NCBI GenBank assembly: GCA_964557125.1
Contig: CAZKYX010000001.1
Span: forward strand, 1-63,842
From: an uncultured Gammaproteobacteria bacterium
GTDB lineage: Bacteria; Patescibacteriota; Microgenomatia; Levybacterales; GWA1-39-11
Direction of reading: 5' to 3'
Length of the DNA stretch: 63,842 nucleotides
Under the pieces are notes generated by a model, which saw nothing but the letters and a program-made list of their open reading frames with translations, searched no databases and was not told where the DNA came from. Positions 16,764 through 24,957 of this stretch are shown in pieces. The position numbers were made by a program, and so were the translations under genes. Within the stretch, counting starts at the first letter, position 1, and each line of letters opens with the position of its first letter.

Positions 16764-17351
16764 CTAAACGGTGGGGCGTTCTCCTTCGATTTCCTCAAGA
16801 AGTTCTTTCAAAAATTCATCGTGAATGTGAGCGCGTGCTGTTTCGAAAAATTCAGGAAGTCTTCTTTTGTGTTCCAGTTCATAGACAAGCGCCTGAAGAG
16901 CCATATCTAATTTATCCAACTGCCAAAATATTTTTGCTTCAAGTGTTTTTCTTTCAAGCATTTCATCAAAGGTAGTTACTGCAAGATGTGATTTGTCAGT
17001 CTGACTAAAAATCTTTTTAATTCCTTTTCTTTCCATTTCTTCTTTTTCTTTCATTTTTTTCACATCAACATTTCCGGCTTCATATACAACAATATCCCCT
17101 GTTTCAATTTCTCCAATGTCGTGAAGGATTGCCATTTTAATAAGCTTTGTGGTATTGAGTGGGTAGTTGAGTCTGTCAGACAATAGAGGAGCAAGCTGCA
17201 TAGTGATAAAGCTTAGGCTAAATGTGTGTTCAGCAACGCTTTCCGGTTGGGGAATGTTGTTTCTCACCCATCCGGTTCTTTTTATCCTCTTTGAGCTATT
17301 TACGTGAAGGAATAGACTGATTAGGTTTTTAGATTGTTCCTTTTTTGTCAT
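16764..17351 (-). CDS. HD-domain phosphohydrolase (YfbR-like 5'-deoxynucleotidase)
   Basis: 195 aa. VAEHTFS and ILHDIGEIETGD motifs. Confidence 0.7.
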   Translation of the reverse strand: MTKKEQSKNLISLFLHVNSSKRIKRTGWVRNNIPQPESVAEHTFSLSFITMQLAPLLSDRLNYPLNTTKLIKMAILHDIGEIETGDIVVYEAGNVDVKKMKEKEEMERKGIKKIFSQTDKSHLAVTTFDEMLERKTLEAKIFWQLDKLDMALQALVYELEHKRRLPEFFETARAHIHDEFLKELLEEIEGERPTV

Positions 17352-18664
17352 GGTAATGGAAAATCTTTTAAGTATTTTTTTACTTCTTGGCCAATTATAT
17401 CTATAGTTTTGTTATTTTCAACTCTTTTTTTAAATTCTTTAAAATATGGACCTCGTTCTTCCTTAATTTTTGGAAGAGGACTATTTTTGACTTCTTCAAT
17501 TGTTCTATGAATCCATTCTCCTAATTTTTTAATATCCTTTTCCTTAAATCCTCTTGTTGTAGCAGCTGGTGTACCAATTCGAATTCCTGAAGGGTAAAAG
17601 GGAGGCATTGTGTCAAATGGCACAGTATTTTTGTTGGTAATAATTCCCGCTTTTTCAAGAGCGTATGCAGCTAGTGCTCCATTTATTCCCTTATTCGTTA
17701 AGTCAACAACAAGCAGGTGATTGTCGCTGCCGCCGGTTGTGAGGACAAAACCATTGCTTAATAGTGAATCAGCAAGAGATTTTGTATTTTTGACAATTTG
17801 GTGTGCGTATTTTTTAAATTCTGCTGAATCTGCTTCATTTAGGGCAACAGCAATGGATGCTGTTTGGTTATCGTGTGGTCCACCTTGTAGCCCGGGGAAT
17901 ACTGCTTTATCAATTTTTACTGCAAGTTCTGGGTCTTTCTTAAGTCCCTTTTCAGTTACCATGAGCATAGCTCCTCTTGGGCCACGGAGTGACTTGTGAG
18001 TGGTAGTCATAACAATGTGCGCGTGGTTGACAGGGGATGGATGAGCACCACCAGCGATAAGTCCTGCAATGTGTGAAACGTCTGCCAAAAGATACGCACC
18101 AACTTTGTCAGCTATTTTTCCAAATCTTTCAAAATCAATAACACGTGGGTATGCGGTAAATCCGCAAACAATAATATCTGGTTTATGGAGAATGGCTAAT
18201 TGCTCAATGGCTTCATAGTCAAGAAAGCCATTGTTATTAACTGTATAGGGGATAGTTTTAAAGTATTTTCCGGCAATGCTTACGGGCGAGCCGTGAGTTA
18301 GGTGGCCACCTGATGAGAGAGCAAGACCCATGATTTTGCTCTTGAGTGGAGTAAGAAGCGCAAAGTAGACGGCTGTATTTGCTGGACTTCCTGAATAGGG
18401 TTGAACATTCGCATGAGGTACACCAAAGAGCTTTTTTGCTCGTTCTATTGCAAGAAGTTCTATATCATCTGCATTTTTATTTCCTTGGTAATATCTTTTT
18501 TTGGCATAACCTTCTGAATATTTATTCGTAAATACAGAAGCCAAGACAGAACGCACTTCAAGTGAAGCATAATTTTCTGAGGGAATTAGGGTCAGAGTAT
18601 CCCGCTGGCGTTTGTCCTCTTTCTTGAGGAGCGAGTAGACTGTTGGGTCTTTTTGGCTTACCAT
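17348..18664 (-). CDS. glyA: serine hydroxymethyltransferase
   Basis: 438 aa. Full-length SHMT pattern including TTTTHKSLRGPRG (PLP lysine region). 4-nt overlap with the downstream HD gene. Confidence 0.95.
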   Translation of the reverse strand: MVSQKDPTVYSLLKKEDKRQRDTLTLIPSENYASLEVRSVLASVFTNKYSEGYAKKRYYQGNKNADDIELLAIERAKKLFGVPHANVQPYSGSPANTAVYFALLTPLKSKIMGLALSSGGHLTHGSPVSIAGKYFKTIPYTVNNNGFLDYEAIEQLAILHKPDIIVCGFTAYPRVIDFERFGKIADKVGAYLLADVSHIAGLIAGGAHPSPVNHAHIVMTTTHKSLRGPRGAMLMVTEKGLKKDPELAVKIDKAVFPGLQGGPHDNQTASIAVALNEADSAEFKKYAHQIVKNTKSLADSLLSNGFVLTTGGSDNHLLVVDLTNKGINGALAAYALEKAGIITNKNTVPFDTMPPFYPSGIRIGTPAATTRGFKEKDIKKLGEWIHRTIEEVKNSPLPKIKEERGPYFKEFKKRVENNKTIDIIGQEVKKYLKDFPLP

Positions 18665-18806
18665 CTGTTTAGGTTTTGGGTTGTAGGTTATAAGAACCTT
18701 TCACTTCGTTCAAGCACCTTCCTTTTCGTGATATACGAAAAGTAGTTTGTAGTTTATGCTCTTAAGAAATGATATATGAAGAGAATAATGGAAGGCAAAT
18801 CATTTG

Positions 18807-19130
18807 TCAAATAGGACTTCTTGTCGGAGTGGGGGTAGGGGCAACTTCTCCTGATTCCTCAAGTTTTAAATCAGTAATTTGAAGATTTTTTTCATTTGAT
18901 GTATTTGTCGTATTGTTGGGAGCCGCGTAATGAATTTTGCTATCAACAATATCTGACTTTGGAGGAGAGAATATGCCAGACCACACAAGAACACTAAGCA
19001 TAAGTACTACAACAAAAATAACTTCAATCATGGAGAAGCCTTTTTCATTCCGCAGAGCGGAATGAAAAGAATTAAGTATTAAGAAGTAAGTATTATGGTG
19101 AAGTTTTGAATTCTGTTTTAATTTTTTCAC
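18807..19130 (-). CDS. type IV prepilin-like protein (class III signal, G|FSMIE)
   Basis: 107 aa. KGFSMIEVIFVVVLMLSVLV has Gly-1, Phe+1 and Glu+5. GTG start, with an unusually long 31-aa leader. Confidence 0.6.
   Translation of the reverse strand: MKKLKQNSKLHHNTYFLILNSFHSALRNEKGFSMIEVIFVVVLMLSVLVWSGIFSPPKSDIVDSKIHYAAPNNTTNTSNEKNLQITDLKLEESGEVAPTPTPTRSPI
19042..19068. repeat. perfect 12-bp palindrome with a 3-nt loop, inside the prepilin leader-coding region
   Basis: TTTTCATTCCGC-AGA-GCGGAATGAAAA read directly. Confidence 0.85.
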
Positions 19131-19173
19131 TAATTAATTGTAGGTAGGGAGGGTTAAAAAAGTCAAATGTTTG

Positions 19174-19833
19174 TTAGGGTGAAAGTTTTACGTCAAGGGT
19201 TGCTTGGGAGAGTTTTAATTTTGTTTGTATTCCATCCTTAAGAGTATATACATTTGAATTTTGAAGGTCGTACAAAAGCTGTGTAGTCACCGAAGTGTTG
19301 AATGAAACAGGGGTGAAGGTAAGTTGTGCTATTCTTCCTTTACCCTTTATTGGTTTTGCGCCATCTGGCAATTTAAAAGTTATCGTTACATTAGATGGAT
19401 TGTACATAATGCTTAAAAATTCTGTCTCAATAGGGAGAAGTCCCGTGTCTCCTGTAACGGGTGACACTCTAATGTTTTTAACCTGATTCAAGTCGTATTT
19501 AAGAATAATAGTACCTCCAGAAATGCCTTCGTTTTCAAGTGTTTGGATATTGAGGTCAACGGTCACAGGTTGATTTTCCTTTGTAACCAAATTCAGTACT
19601 GAGAATCCAAGCGAAACTTTTACGTGTTGCGGATTATCAATATTATCAACCAAAGGGGCAATTTTGGTTTTTATGGAGGTCTTGCCTTTAAATCCAAACG
19701 TTAAAAGAAGAAAGGCTATAAGAATTGCAGCGACAACAAGACTAATAGCTATAAGGAGTTTTTTATTAAGTCCCTTTTTTTCAGGAACTTGTGGAGCTTC
19801 TTGTTCTGGTTGTTGGGGCAGATTGTTTTCCAT
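19174..19833 (-). CDS. membrane-anchored cohesin-like domain protein
   Basis: 219 aa. N-terminal TM. VTVDLNIQTLENEGISGGTIILKYDLNQV ... GKGRIAQLTFTPV follows the cohesin pattern. Confidence 0.65.
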   Translation of the reverse strand: MENNLPQQPEQEAPQVPEKKGLNKKLLIAISLVVAAILIAFLLLTFGFKGKTSIKTKIAPLVDNIDNPQHVKVSLGFSVLNLVTKENQPVTVDLNIQTLENEGISGGTIILKYDLNQVKNIRVSPVTGDTGLLPIETEFLSIMYNPSNVTITFKLPDGAKPIKGKGRIAQLTFTPVSFNTSVTTQLLYDLQNSNVYTLKDGIQTKLKLSQATLDVKLSP

Positions 19834-19836
19834 ATG

Positions 19837-21105
19837 TTATATTGACTGGCAGAATGCTTCGGTTGCGCCAGAAGGTTTTATACAGTATCCACCACACCCT
19901 GAGCATTGGTTATTTGTACCAGTTACTGTATTTTTTGAGGTATCGCAAAGTCTTCCTGAAACTTGGCAAGAAGAACCAGCTCCACTTTGATTGGCAATTG
20001 GCAATTGGCAACACGTGTAGCCGGTTTTGTCTTTCCCTCCGCTATAAAAAAGAGAGCAAGATTCTGAAGCTAGCGCATCGGGATTTTTGACAGCTCCCCC
20101 TGAGCAAGTTGTTCCAGAAGAGCAAATTTGACTCACAGTACCACTGGAAGTTTGTATAGAGTCATTGCATGTGCCACTTGTTGCAATTGGTGTTGGGGAA
20201 GTTATCGGTGCGGGAGTTCCTGTTGTAACCGGTGCAATGCATGTATTTGCGCTTATGCTCCAAACAAATCCATTTCGGCAGCACACTCCAGTAGCACATG
20301 ACGCTGAAAGTGAGCTACAAGACTGTGCACAGTAATTTCCGCTAACACACTGCCACGGTCCTTGAGAAGGTACACAAGCCTTACCTTCTCCGATTGGAGT
20401 GTATGGAGTGGGAGTTGGAGTTTTGGTGGGGGTGGGTGAGCCACTTACAACAGCTGTTGGACATTTATAAAAATATGGCTGAAGACCCCCTGATGCGCCT
20501 ACACAGTATGAATTCTTAAAATCTGAGGCAGTACTTTTTACCCACTCAGCAGAGGCTTTTGAGCATGGAGGAGTCGTGCCAGCTGGGACAGGAAGCATTT
20601 TGGAGGTATCAGGACCATCATCACCGCAGTACCCAATCTCACCTGTAGCAGGTGTCGGGGATGCACCTGATGCTCCCGGTGATGGGGTCGTTGTTGTTAC
20701 TGGCCCAACAACTGGATTCAGAATTTCAATTGTTTGATTGTATGTATAGCTTGTGTCTGATGCTCCCGGTTCTATAATATCTGACTGGTGTGTATGGACT
20801 ATGGATCCGTTTTCACTCACCATAATTTTTATCCAGAACGAGGTAGGCTTTGTATTTAGTTCGACAGAAGCCCCGTTAGCAAAATTGGAAGAAAGAGGTG
20901 TATTCGTTGCCGCGTCCATAATGGTTACTATTACAGAGGGGTATGTTTTTGCAACACCACTTGAGGTGGTTTTTGCCTTAACGGTAATAGTATAGGCACC
21001 TTGTGCGAAAGCTTGAAAATTTTGTGAAATGAGCAGAGCAATGACAGTGAAAGAGAGAATGAGAATAAGGGACAAGGAGCGAACTAATTTCATGGTAGTA
21101 ATCAT
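19837..21105 (-). CDS. secreted Cys-rich protein
   Basis: 422 aa. Signal peptide (QAFAQG), N-terminal beta-rich region, PT linkers, several Cys modules including GYCGDD...YFYKC. Stop is 3 nt from the next start. Confidence 0.7.
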   Translation of the reverse strand: MITTMKLVRSLSLILILSFTVIALLISQNFQAFAQGAYTITVKAKTTSSGVAKTYPSVIVTIMDAATNTPLSSNFANGASVELNTKPTSFWIKIMVSENGSIVHTHQSDIIEPGASDTSYTYNQTIEILNPVVGPVTTTTPSPGASGASPTPATGEIGYCGDDGPDTSKMLPVPAGTTPPCSKASAEWVKSTASDFKNSYCVGASGGLQPYFYKCPTAVVSGSPTPTKTPTPTPYTPIGEGKACVPSQGPWQCVSGNYCAQSCSSLSASCATGVCCRNGFVWSISANTCIAPVTTGTPAPITSPTPIATSGTCNDSIQTSSGTVSQICSSGTTCSGGAVKNPDALASESCSLFYSGGKDKTGYTCCQLPIANQSGAGSSCQVSGRLCDTSKNTVTGTNNQCSGCGGYCIKPSGATEAFCQSI

Positions 21106-21150
21106 ACTATAAATAGTAGATGAGCTTCTGTCAATTTTAATGCAATGACA

Positions 21151-21780
21151 TTAATAATATATGGTGAGTGGTTGCGAGGTGAGCTTAACTGATTTTCCAT
21201 TTCTTGTCACAAAATATGATTTTTCTGAAATGGATATTGTTGGATAATTTTTGGGAGTGAGATTTTTTATTGAAAAGGTTAGTGCGCCAATACTTGCTTT
21301 TCCTGTTTTTTCACCAATGTCATCAGGAAGAACCAGCGATATAGTAGTTATCCCCTTTGTGTTGTCCACATTCATCTGTGCGATTTTTACATAGTTCCCA
21401 AAGAATGAGAAGTTGGAATTGTTAAGATTGAAATTATTTACTTCAACAAATTGTGGGTCATACTCAAAATTGATGAATGTTCCTGCAAGCGGGGTGTTGC
21501 TTTCAATAATAACATCAACTGTTTTTTGACCTGATGGGGCATTGAGTGAAAATGCATCTGCAAGAAAAGAAATTTTGCCACTTCCAGTTTGTGTTGAGGA
21601 AGCTTGCTCCTGTGTCTCCTTAACATTTTTAGGTTTAGGACCAACGCTAAAAATAATAGCAGTCAGGATAACGAGGAGAAGAATAGCACCTATTGTAGCG
21701 TAAAATATTTTACTCCTCTTTAGTTTTTCAAAAGCAGTTAGGTCTGTTGATTGACTTATGATTTGTTGATTTTCTTCCAT
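21151..21780 (-). CDS. membrane-anchored cohesin-like domain protein
   Basis: 209 aa. N-terminal TM. VDVIIESNTPLAGTFINFEYDPQFV ... GKASIGALTFSIKN. Confidence 0.65.
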   Translation of the reverse strand: MEENQQIISQSTDLTAFEKLKRSKIFYATIGAILLLVILTAIIFSVGPKPKNVKETQEQASSTQTGSGKISFLADAFSLNAPSGQKTVDVIIESNTPLAGTFINFEYDPQFVEVNNFNLNNSNFSFFGNYVKIAQMNVDNTKGITTISLVLPDDIGEKTGKASIGALTFSIKNLTPKNYPTISISEKSYFVTRNGKSVKLTSQPLTIYY

Positions 21781-21786
21781 ATATCG

Positions 21787-23406
21787 TTAAGGGTTGGCCC
21801 AGCAATAATCAGACCCTGTACAAGGGTGAAGTTGTCCCCAGCTTACTTTCCCAGGATGTGTGTTAGGATATGATGAATCTCCACAGACCCCGCCTTGCTC
21901 CGCGCAATTTTTTGGACCTACCCAGCAATATGATGATTGGCAAGGAGCGAGTGGTCCCCAGCTTTTAGCGTTTGGATGAGTATCTGGGTAACTTGTGTCG
22001 CCACAGACTCCATTGTGATTTGCGCAGGTATCTGCCACTGTTGGAGTAGGTGTTGCGGGTACAGGTGTGGCGGTTGGACCGGAGCCCGTACACATACAGC
22101 CGGTAGTTGAATTGGCGTTACTCTTGCAAGTAGTCAAAGCACCCGCACAGCCTCCATATGTTGTTGATGGACACTCGTATCCTGTTTTTATGGCACTTGG
22201 ATTTGGAGTTGCGCACCCAAATCCAGGAGTCACAGGAGTTGGAGAGATGGTTGTAGATGGTGAGGGGGTTGTGGTGGGAGTTGCAGTTGGGGTAGTGCAT
22301 TTATAGAAATAGTTGGATTGACTATCATTTACTCCATAGTTATCAACGCACCACTTATCATACGTACTGTCACTGCTTGTGTTGTTAATTCCACACGTTG
22401 CACTATTAATAGTAACGGGGTTGCTGGTTCTTGATGCATTTGCACAGTATCCAGGGGAGAGGGGTGTTCCTGTACCTGCACACTCATAATAGTTGTCAGT
22501 TGGACTACCAAATGTAGCATTGCAGTAGTCATCATATGTACCATTGTAGAATGCTGAATTTATACTACAGGTGCTCGAAAGGACAGGTTTTGCATTTCCC
22601 CTCAAGTCATCCGCACACCACCCCGGTTTGGTGGGTGGAAGGGGAGTGGGGGTAGGTGTGGCTGTAGCACTGCTTGGTTTTGGTGTTATTGTGCTTGTAG
22701 CGGGTGTGGGACTGCCCTTTGGATCGCTTACGGTATCCTTAACACAGCAGATTGGAGTTTTGGTTTTGAATGTATCGGCAGCATCAACATAATGTGTGTC
22801 GGTGGGACAAGTCAAACTGCTTAAATATTTTACACCGTGAAGATCATGACATGTATTATATCCAGATAAGGTGAAATTAAAGTCTCCTACTACGGTATTT
22901 GATGATATTTCGATATAGCAAGTAGTATTTTTCTTGCATGTAGTTGAAACGTAATCGTAGTCCAGATACTGTCCCTGTCTTATTGGCCAAACCACTAGCT
23001 TATATTCACCATTACTCAAAACACGGTCATATGTATTGATGTTCGTATTATTTGGTGGTAATAGCTCCGAATATATAGGGGCGTTACTCGTTTTTGTGTA
23101 GATATTTACTTGCACGCCATCGTACCTAATTCCTCCTGTATTAACTGTGATAGTACCCTTCAGCCTTCCAGAGCCTGTATTTGTAAGGCATGTTACGCAG
23201 CTCGATGATGAATAGGCACAGATTTCTCCAGCTTTGTTACAAGAGGTGACTATACTACCATTATTCAGAATTGCATCTCTTTCTTTATTGCATTCATAAT
23301 TCAATGCACCAGAATCACAATACTGAGTAATTGCATAGGAATTTGAAACGAGTGCTGAAGTAAAAAATAATATGGTAGAGATGAGGATTCCCAGTAATAA
23401 TTTCAT
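21787..23406 (-). CDS. secreted Cys-rich protein
   Basis: ORF extends to 23634, but Met77 (23406) begins a clean signal peptide, MKLLLGILISTILFFTSALVSNSYA, 10 nt after the upstream stop. Two GxC..DD...Y(F/Y)Y(K/E)C modules and a duplicated C-terminal GVCGD(T/S)SYP.THP...SWG.L.PC...YCW module. Confidence 0.7.
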   Translation of the reverse strand: MKLLLGILISTILFFTSALVSNSYAITQYCDSGALNYECNKERDAILNNGSIVTSCNKAGEICAYSSSSCVTCLTNTGSGRLKGTITVNTGGIRYDGVQVNIYTKTSNAPIYSELLPPNNTNINTYDRVLSNGEYKLVVWPIRQGQYLDYDYVSTTCKKNTTCYIEISSNTVVGDFNFTLSGYNTCHDLHGVKYLSSLTCPTDTHYVDAADTFKTKTPICCVKDTVSDPKGSPTPATSTITPKPSSATATPTPTPLPPTKPGWCADDLRGNAKPVLSSTCSINSAFYNGTYDDYCNATFGSPTDNYYECAGTGTPLSPGYCANASRTSNPVTINSATCGINNTSSDSTYDKWCVDNYGVNDSQSNYFYKCTTPTATPTTTPSPSTTISPTPVTPGFGCATPNPSAIKTGYECPSTTYGGCAGALTTCKSNANSTTGCMCTGSGPTATPVPATPTPTVADTCANHNGVCGDTSYPDTHPNAKSWGPLAPCQSSYCWVGPKNCAEQGGVCGDSSYPNTHPGKVSWGQLHPCTGSDYCWANP

Positions 23407-23416
23407 ATTTATAAAT

Positions 23417-23992
23417 TTAACATCCGGTTGCGTCGCCGCCTTTTGTCGTTTCAAGCTTCCCTCCTGTAAATATACCACTTGCGTCCTTAGTTCCGCCAGA
23501 GTAAAGAAGGAGTTGCCATTTTTTTGTATTAAATCCAGAATAGTTGCGAAGGGTAAGATCGTATGTGCTTGACGTGGCGACAAAAGGCTTTGATGTACCA
23601 ACATTGGTGAACGTACCCGGAGTTGATGATTCAACCTGAATCTGTATATAACCGGCTACTGATCCGGTTGCTGTAATTGTTCCTTTTTTTACCCGCGTTG
23701 TATCCTCCGGCTCGCAAGCTCCAAGCGTATAGGTTAGTTCCCATTTTGCGGCAGGAGCAACGCCAGTAGTTGGTGCTACACCACCAACGGGCGTTGGGGT
23801 AAGTGTCCGGTAGGTAGCTTTTGTCCCTTCAAGACTGAAAGAACCTGTGACAATAAGTACGCTAAATATAAATACAACGATAATCACCCACGTTACCATG
23901 GAGAAGCCCAGCTCGCCTTGATTAGGTTGCGGGTTGCGGGTTTTAGGTTTTAGGTTAGGAAAGAATTTCGGAGTTATTTTTTGTTTTTTCAT
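23417..23992 (-). CDS. type IV prepilin-like protein (G|FSMV)
   Basis: 191 aa. GELGFSMVTWVIIVVFIFSVLIV, but Thr rather than Glu at +5. The leader region is encoded by a heptad array. Confidence 0.55.
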   Translation of the reverse strand: MKKQKITPKFFPNLKPKTRNPQPNQGELGFSMVTWVIIVVFIFSVLIVTGSFSLEGTKATYRTLTPTPVGGVAPTTGVAPAAKWELTYTLGACEPEDTTRVKKGTITATGSVAGYIQIQVESSTPGTFTNVGTSKPFVATSSTYDLTLRNYSGFNTKKWQLLLYSGGTKDASGIFTGGKLETTKGGDATGC

Positions 23993-24094
23993 TAATTAAT
24001 TGTAGGGTGAGAGGGGAAAAGAAGTCAAATAGGATAGTAATCAGGAAACAATAAGCAATAAACAAAAAATGGCTAGATACCTAAGTGGATTCAA

Positions 24095-24162
24095 ACTTCT
24101 CGACAAGCTCGAAGAATATTTGTACTGAGTTTGTTGATTTATTGTTCGAGGAAATCGAGAAC
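24095..24162. repeat. ~70-nt palindromic dispersed element (ACTTCTCGAC...ATCGAGAAC), copy A
   Basis: Homologous over its full length to 36834..36903. A partial copy follows at 24169..24192. Terminal and internal inverted repeats (TTCTCGA/TCGAGAA; CTCGAAGAATA/TATTGTTCGAG). Confidence 0.75.
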
Positions 24163-24260
24163 CGGTGAACTTCTCGACAGGCTCGAAGAATAAGATAGAT
24201 TGTTTCGCAAGGCTCGCAATGACAGGGCTCAGAATAAGTATTAGCCGCTCGAAGAATTAG

Positions 24261-24593
24261 TTAGTTTTTGCGTTCTAAGACTTTCAAACGTTCGTGGTTA
24301 TCTACATCTAGTTTCAGGCGTCTTGATTGGTCTGTACCAACTTCATTTTCAACCTGCCAGTCTTCTAGGATTTTTAGAATTTTATCTTGGGTTACTGAAA
24401 ACTTCTCGAACTTTTCATCGTTTTTCATCCACTTTTCATCTTGTTCCTCCCACTTTGATTCTTGAAAATCTGATATGTCTTGAACCACCTGTTGAAAATC
24501 TTTTTCAAGCTCTTGTTTAAATTCTTTAAACCCTTTATCAAGAACTTTGTCGAGCACGGCTTCTGTTATTGGTTTGTCAATTTTTTGTTTCAT
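24261..24593 (-). CDS. hypothetical acidic coiled-coil protein
   Basis: 110-aa ORF, charged heptad-like composition, no recognisable motif. Confidence 0.5.
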   Translation of the reverse strand: MKQKIDKPITEAVLDKVLDKGFKEFKQELEKDFQQVVQDISDFQESKWEEQDEKWMKNDEKFEKFSVTQDKILKILEDWQVENEVGTDQSRRLKLDVDNHERLKVLERKN

Positions 24594-24724
24594 GGAATAT
24601 TAAGAATACTATCTCTATGGATATTTTCAAGAAGTACGAGTATATCTTTATGTATATCGGTGAATTTAAAGCTAAGCTTTCAGAACAACCCCACATCGGA
24701 GGTGGGGGAGTAGTATTGTTTTTT

Positions 24725-24758
24725 AAAGCTAAGCTTTCAGAGCAAAGCTTAGCTTTTT
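24725..24758. terminator. perfect 11-13 bp palindromic hairpin flanked by T and A runs
   Basis: AGCTAAGCTTT-CAGAGC-AAAGCTTAGCT followed by TTTT on the plus strand. A CCCCAC/GTGGGG hairpin lies just upstream (24688..24706). Confidence 0.4.
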
Positions 24759-24761
24759 GAA

Positions 24762-24957
24762 CAAATCATATTATTTTAATTCGTTACATTGTCTTGTTGC
24801 AATTTTCTTTAGGTTACAGCCGCAAGAAAATAGCAAATCATATTATTTTAATTCGTTACATTGTCTTGTTGCAATTTTCTTTAGGTTACAGCCGCAAGAA
24901 AATAGCAAATCATATTATTTTAATTCGTTACATTGTCTTGTTGCAATTTTCTTATAG
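24762..24957. repeat. 72-bp tandem repeat, 2 perfect copies plus a 47-nt third copy
   Basis: Copies start at 24762, 24834 and 24906. Copies 1 and 2 are identical. Copy 3 is the 3' end (last ~13 codons plus stop) of the vWA gene. Confidence 0.95.

Noticed and set aside
18665-18806. Possible folate/ZTP-type riboswitch in the 142-nt leader of glyA.
   Set aside because: Only a short hairpin (CTTTTCG..CGAAAAG) and a heptad array are present. I could not recognise conserved riboswitch cores. A covariance-model scan would be needed to settle this.
23407-23634. 76-codon N-terminal extension of the Cys-rich gene, overlapping the upstream pilin gene.
   Set aside because: The internal Met at 23406 starts a textbook signal peptide 10 nt after the upstream stop. 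The extension overlaps the coding sequence of 23417..23992.
24762-24957. The 72-bp repeats considered as a CRISPR array or a DGR template/variable-region pair.
   Set aside because: The repeats are directly abutting with no spacers, so this is not a CRISPR array. The copies are identical rather than differing at adenines, and the window has no reverse transcriptase, so this is not a DGR.
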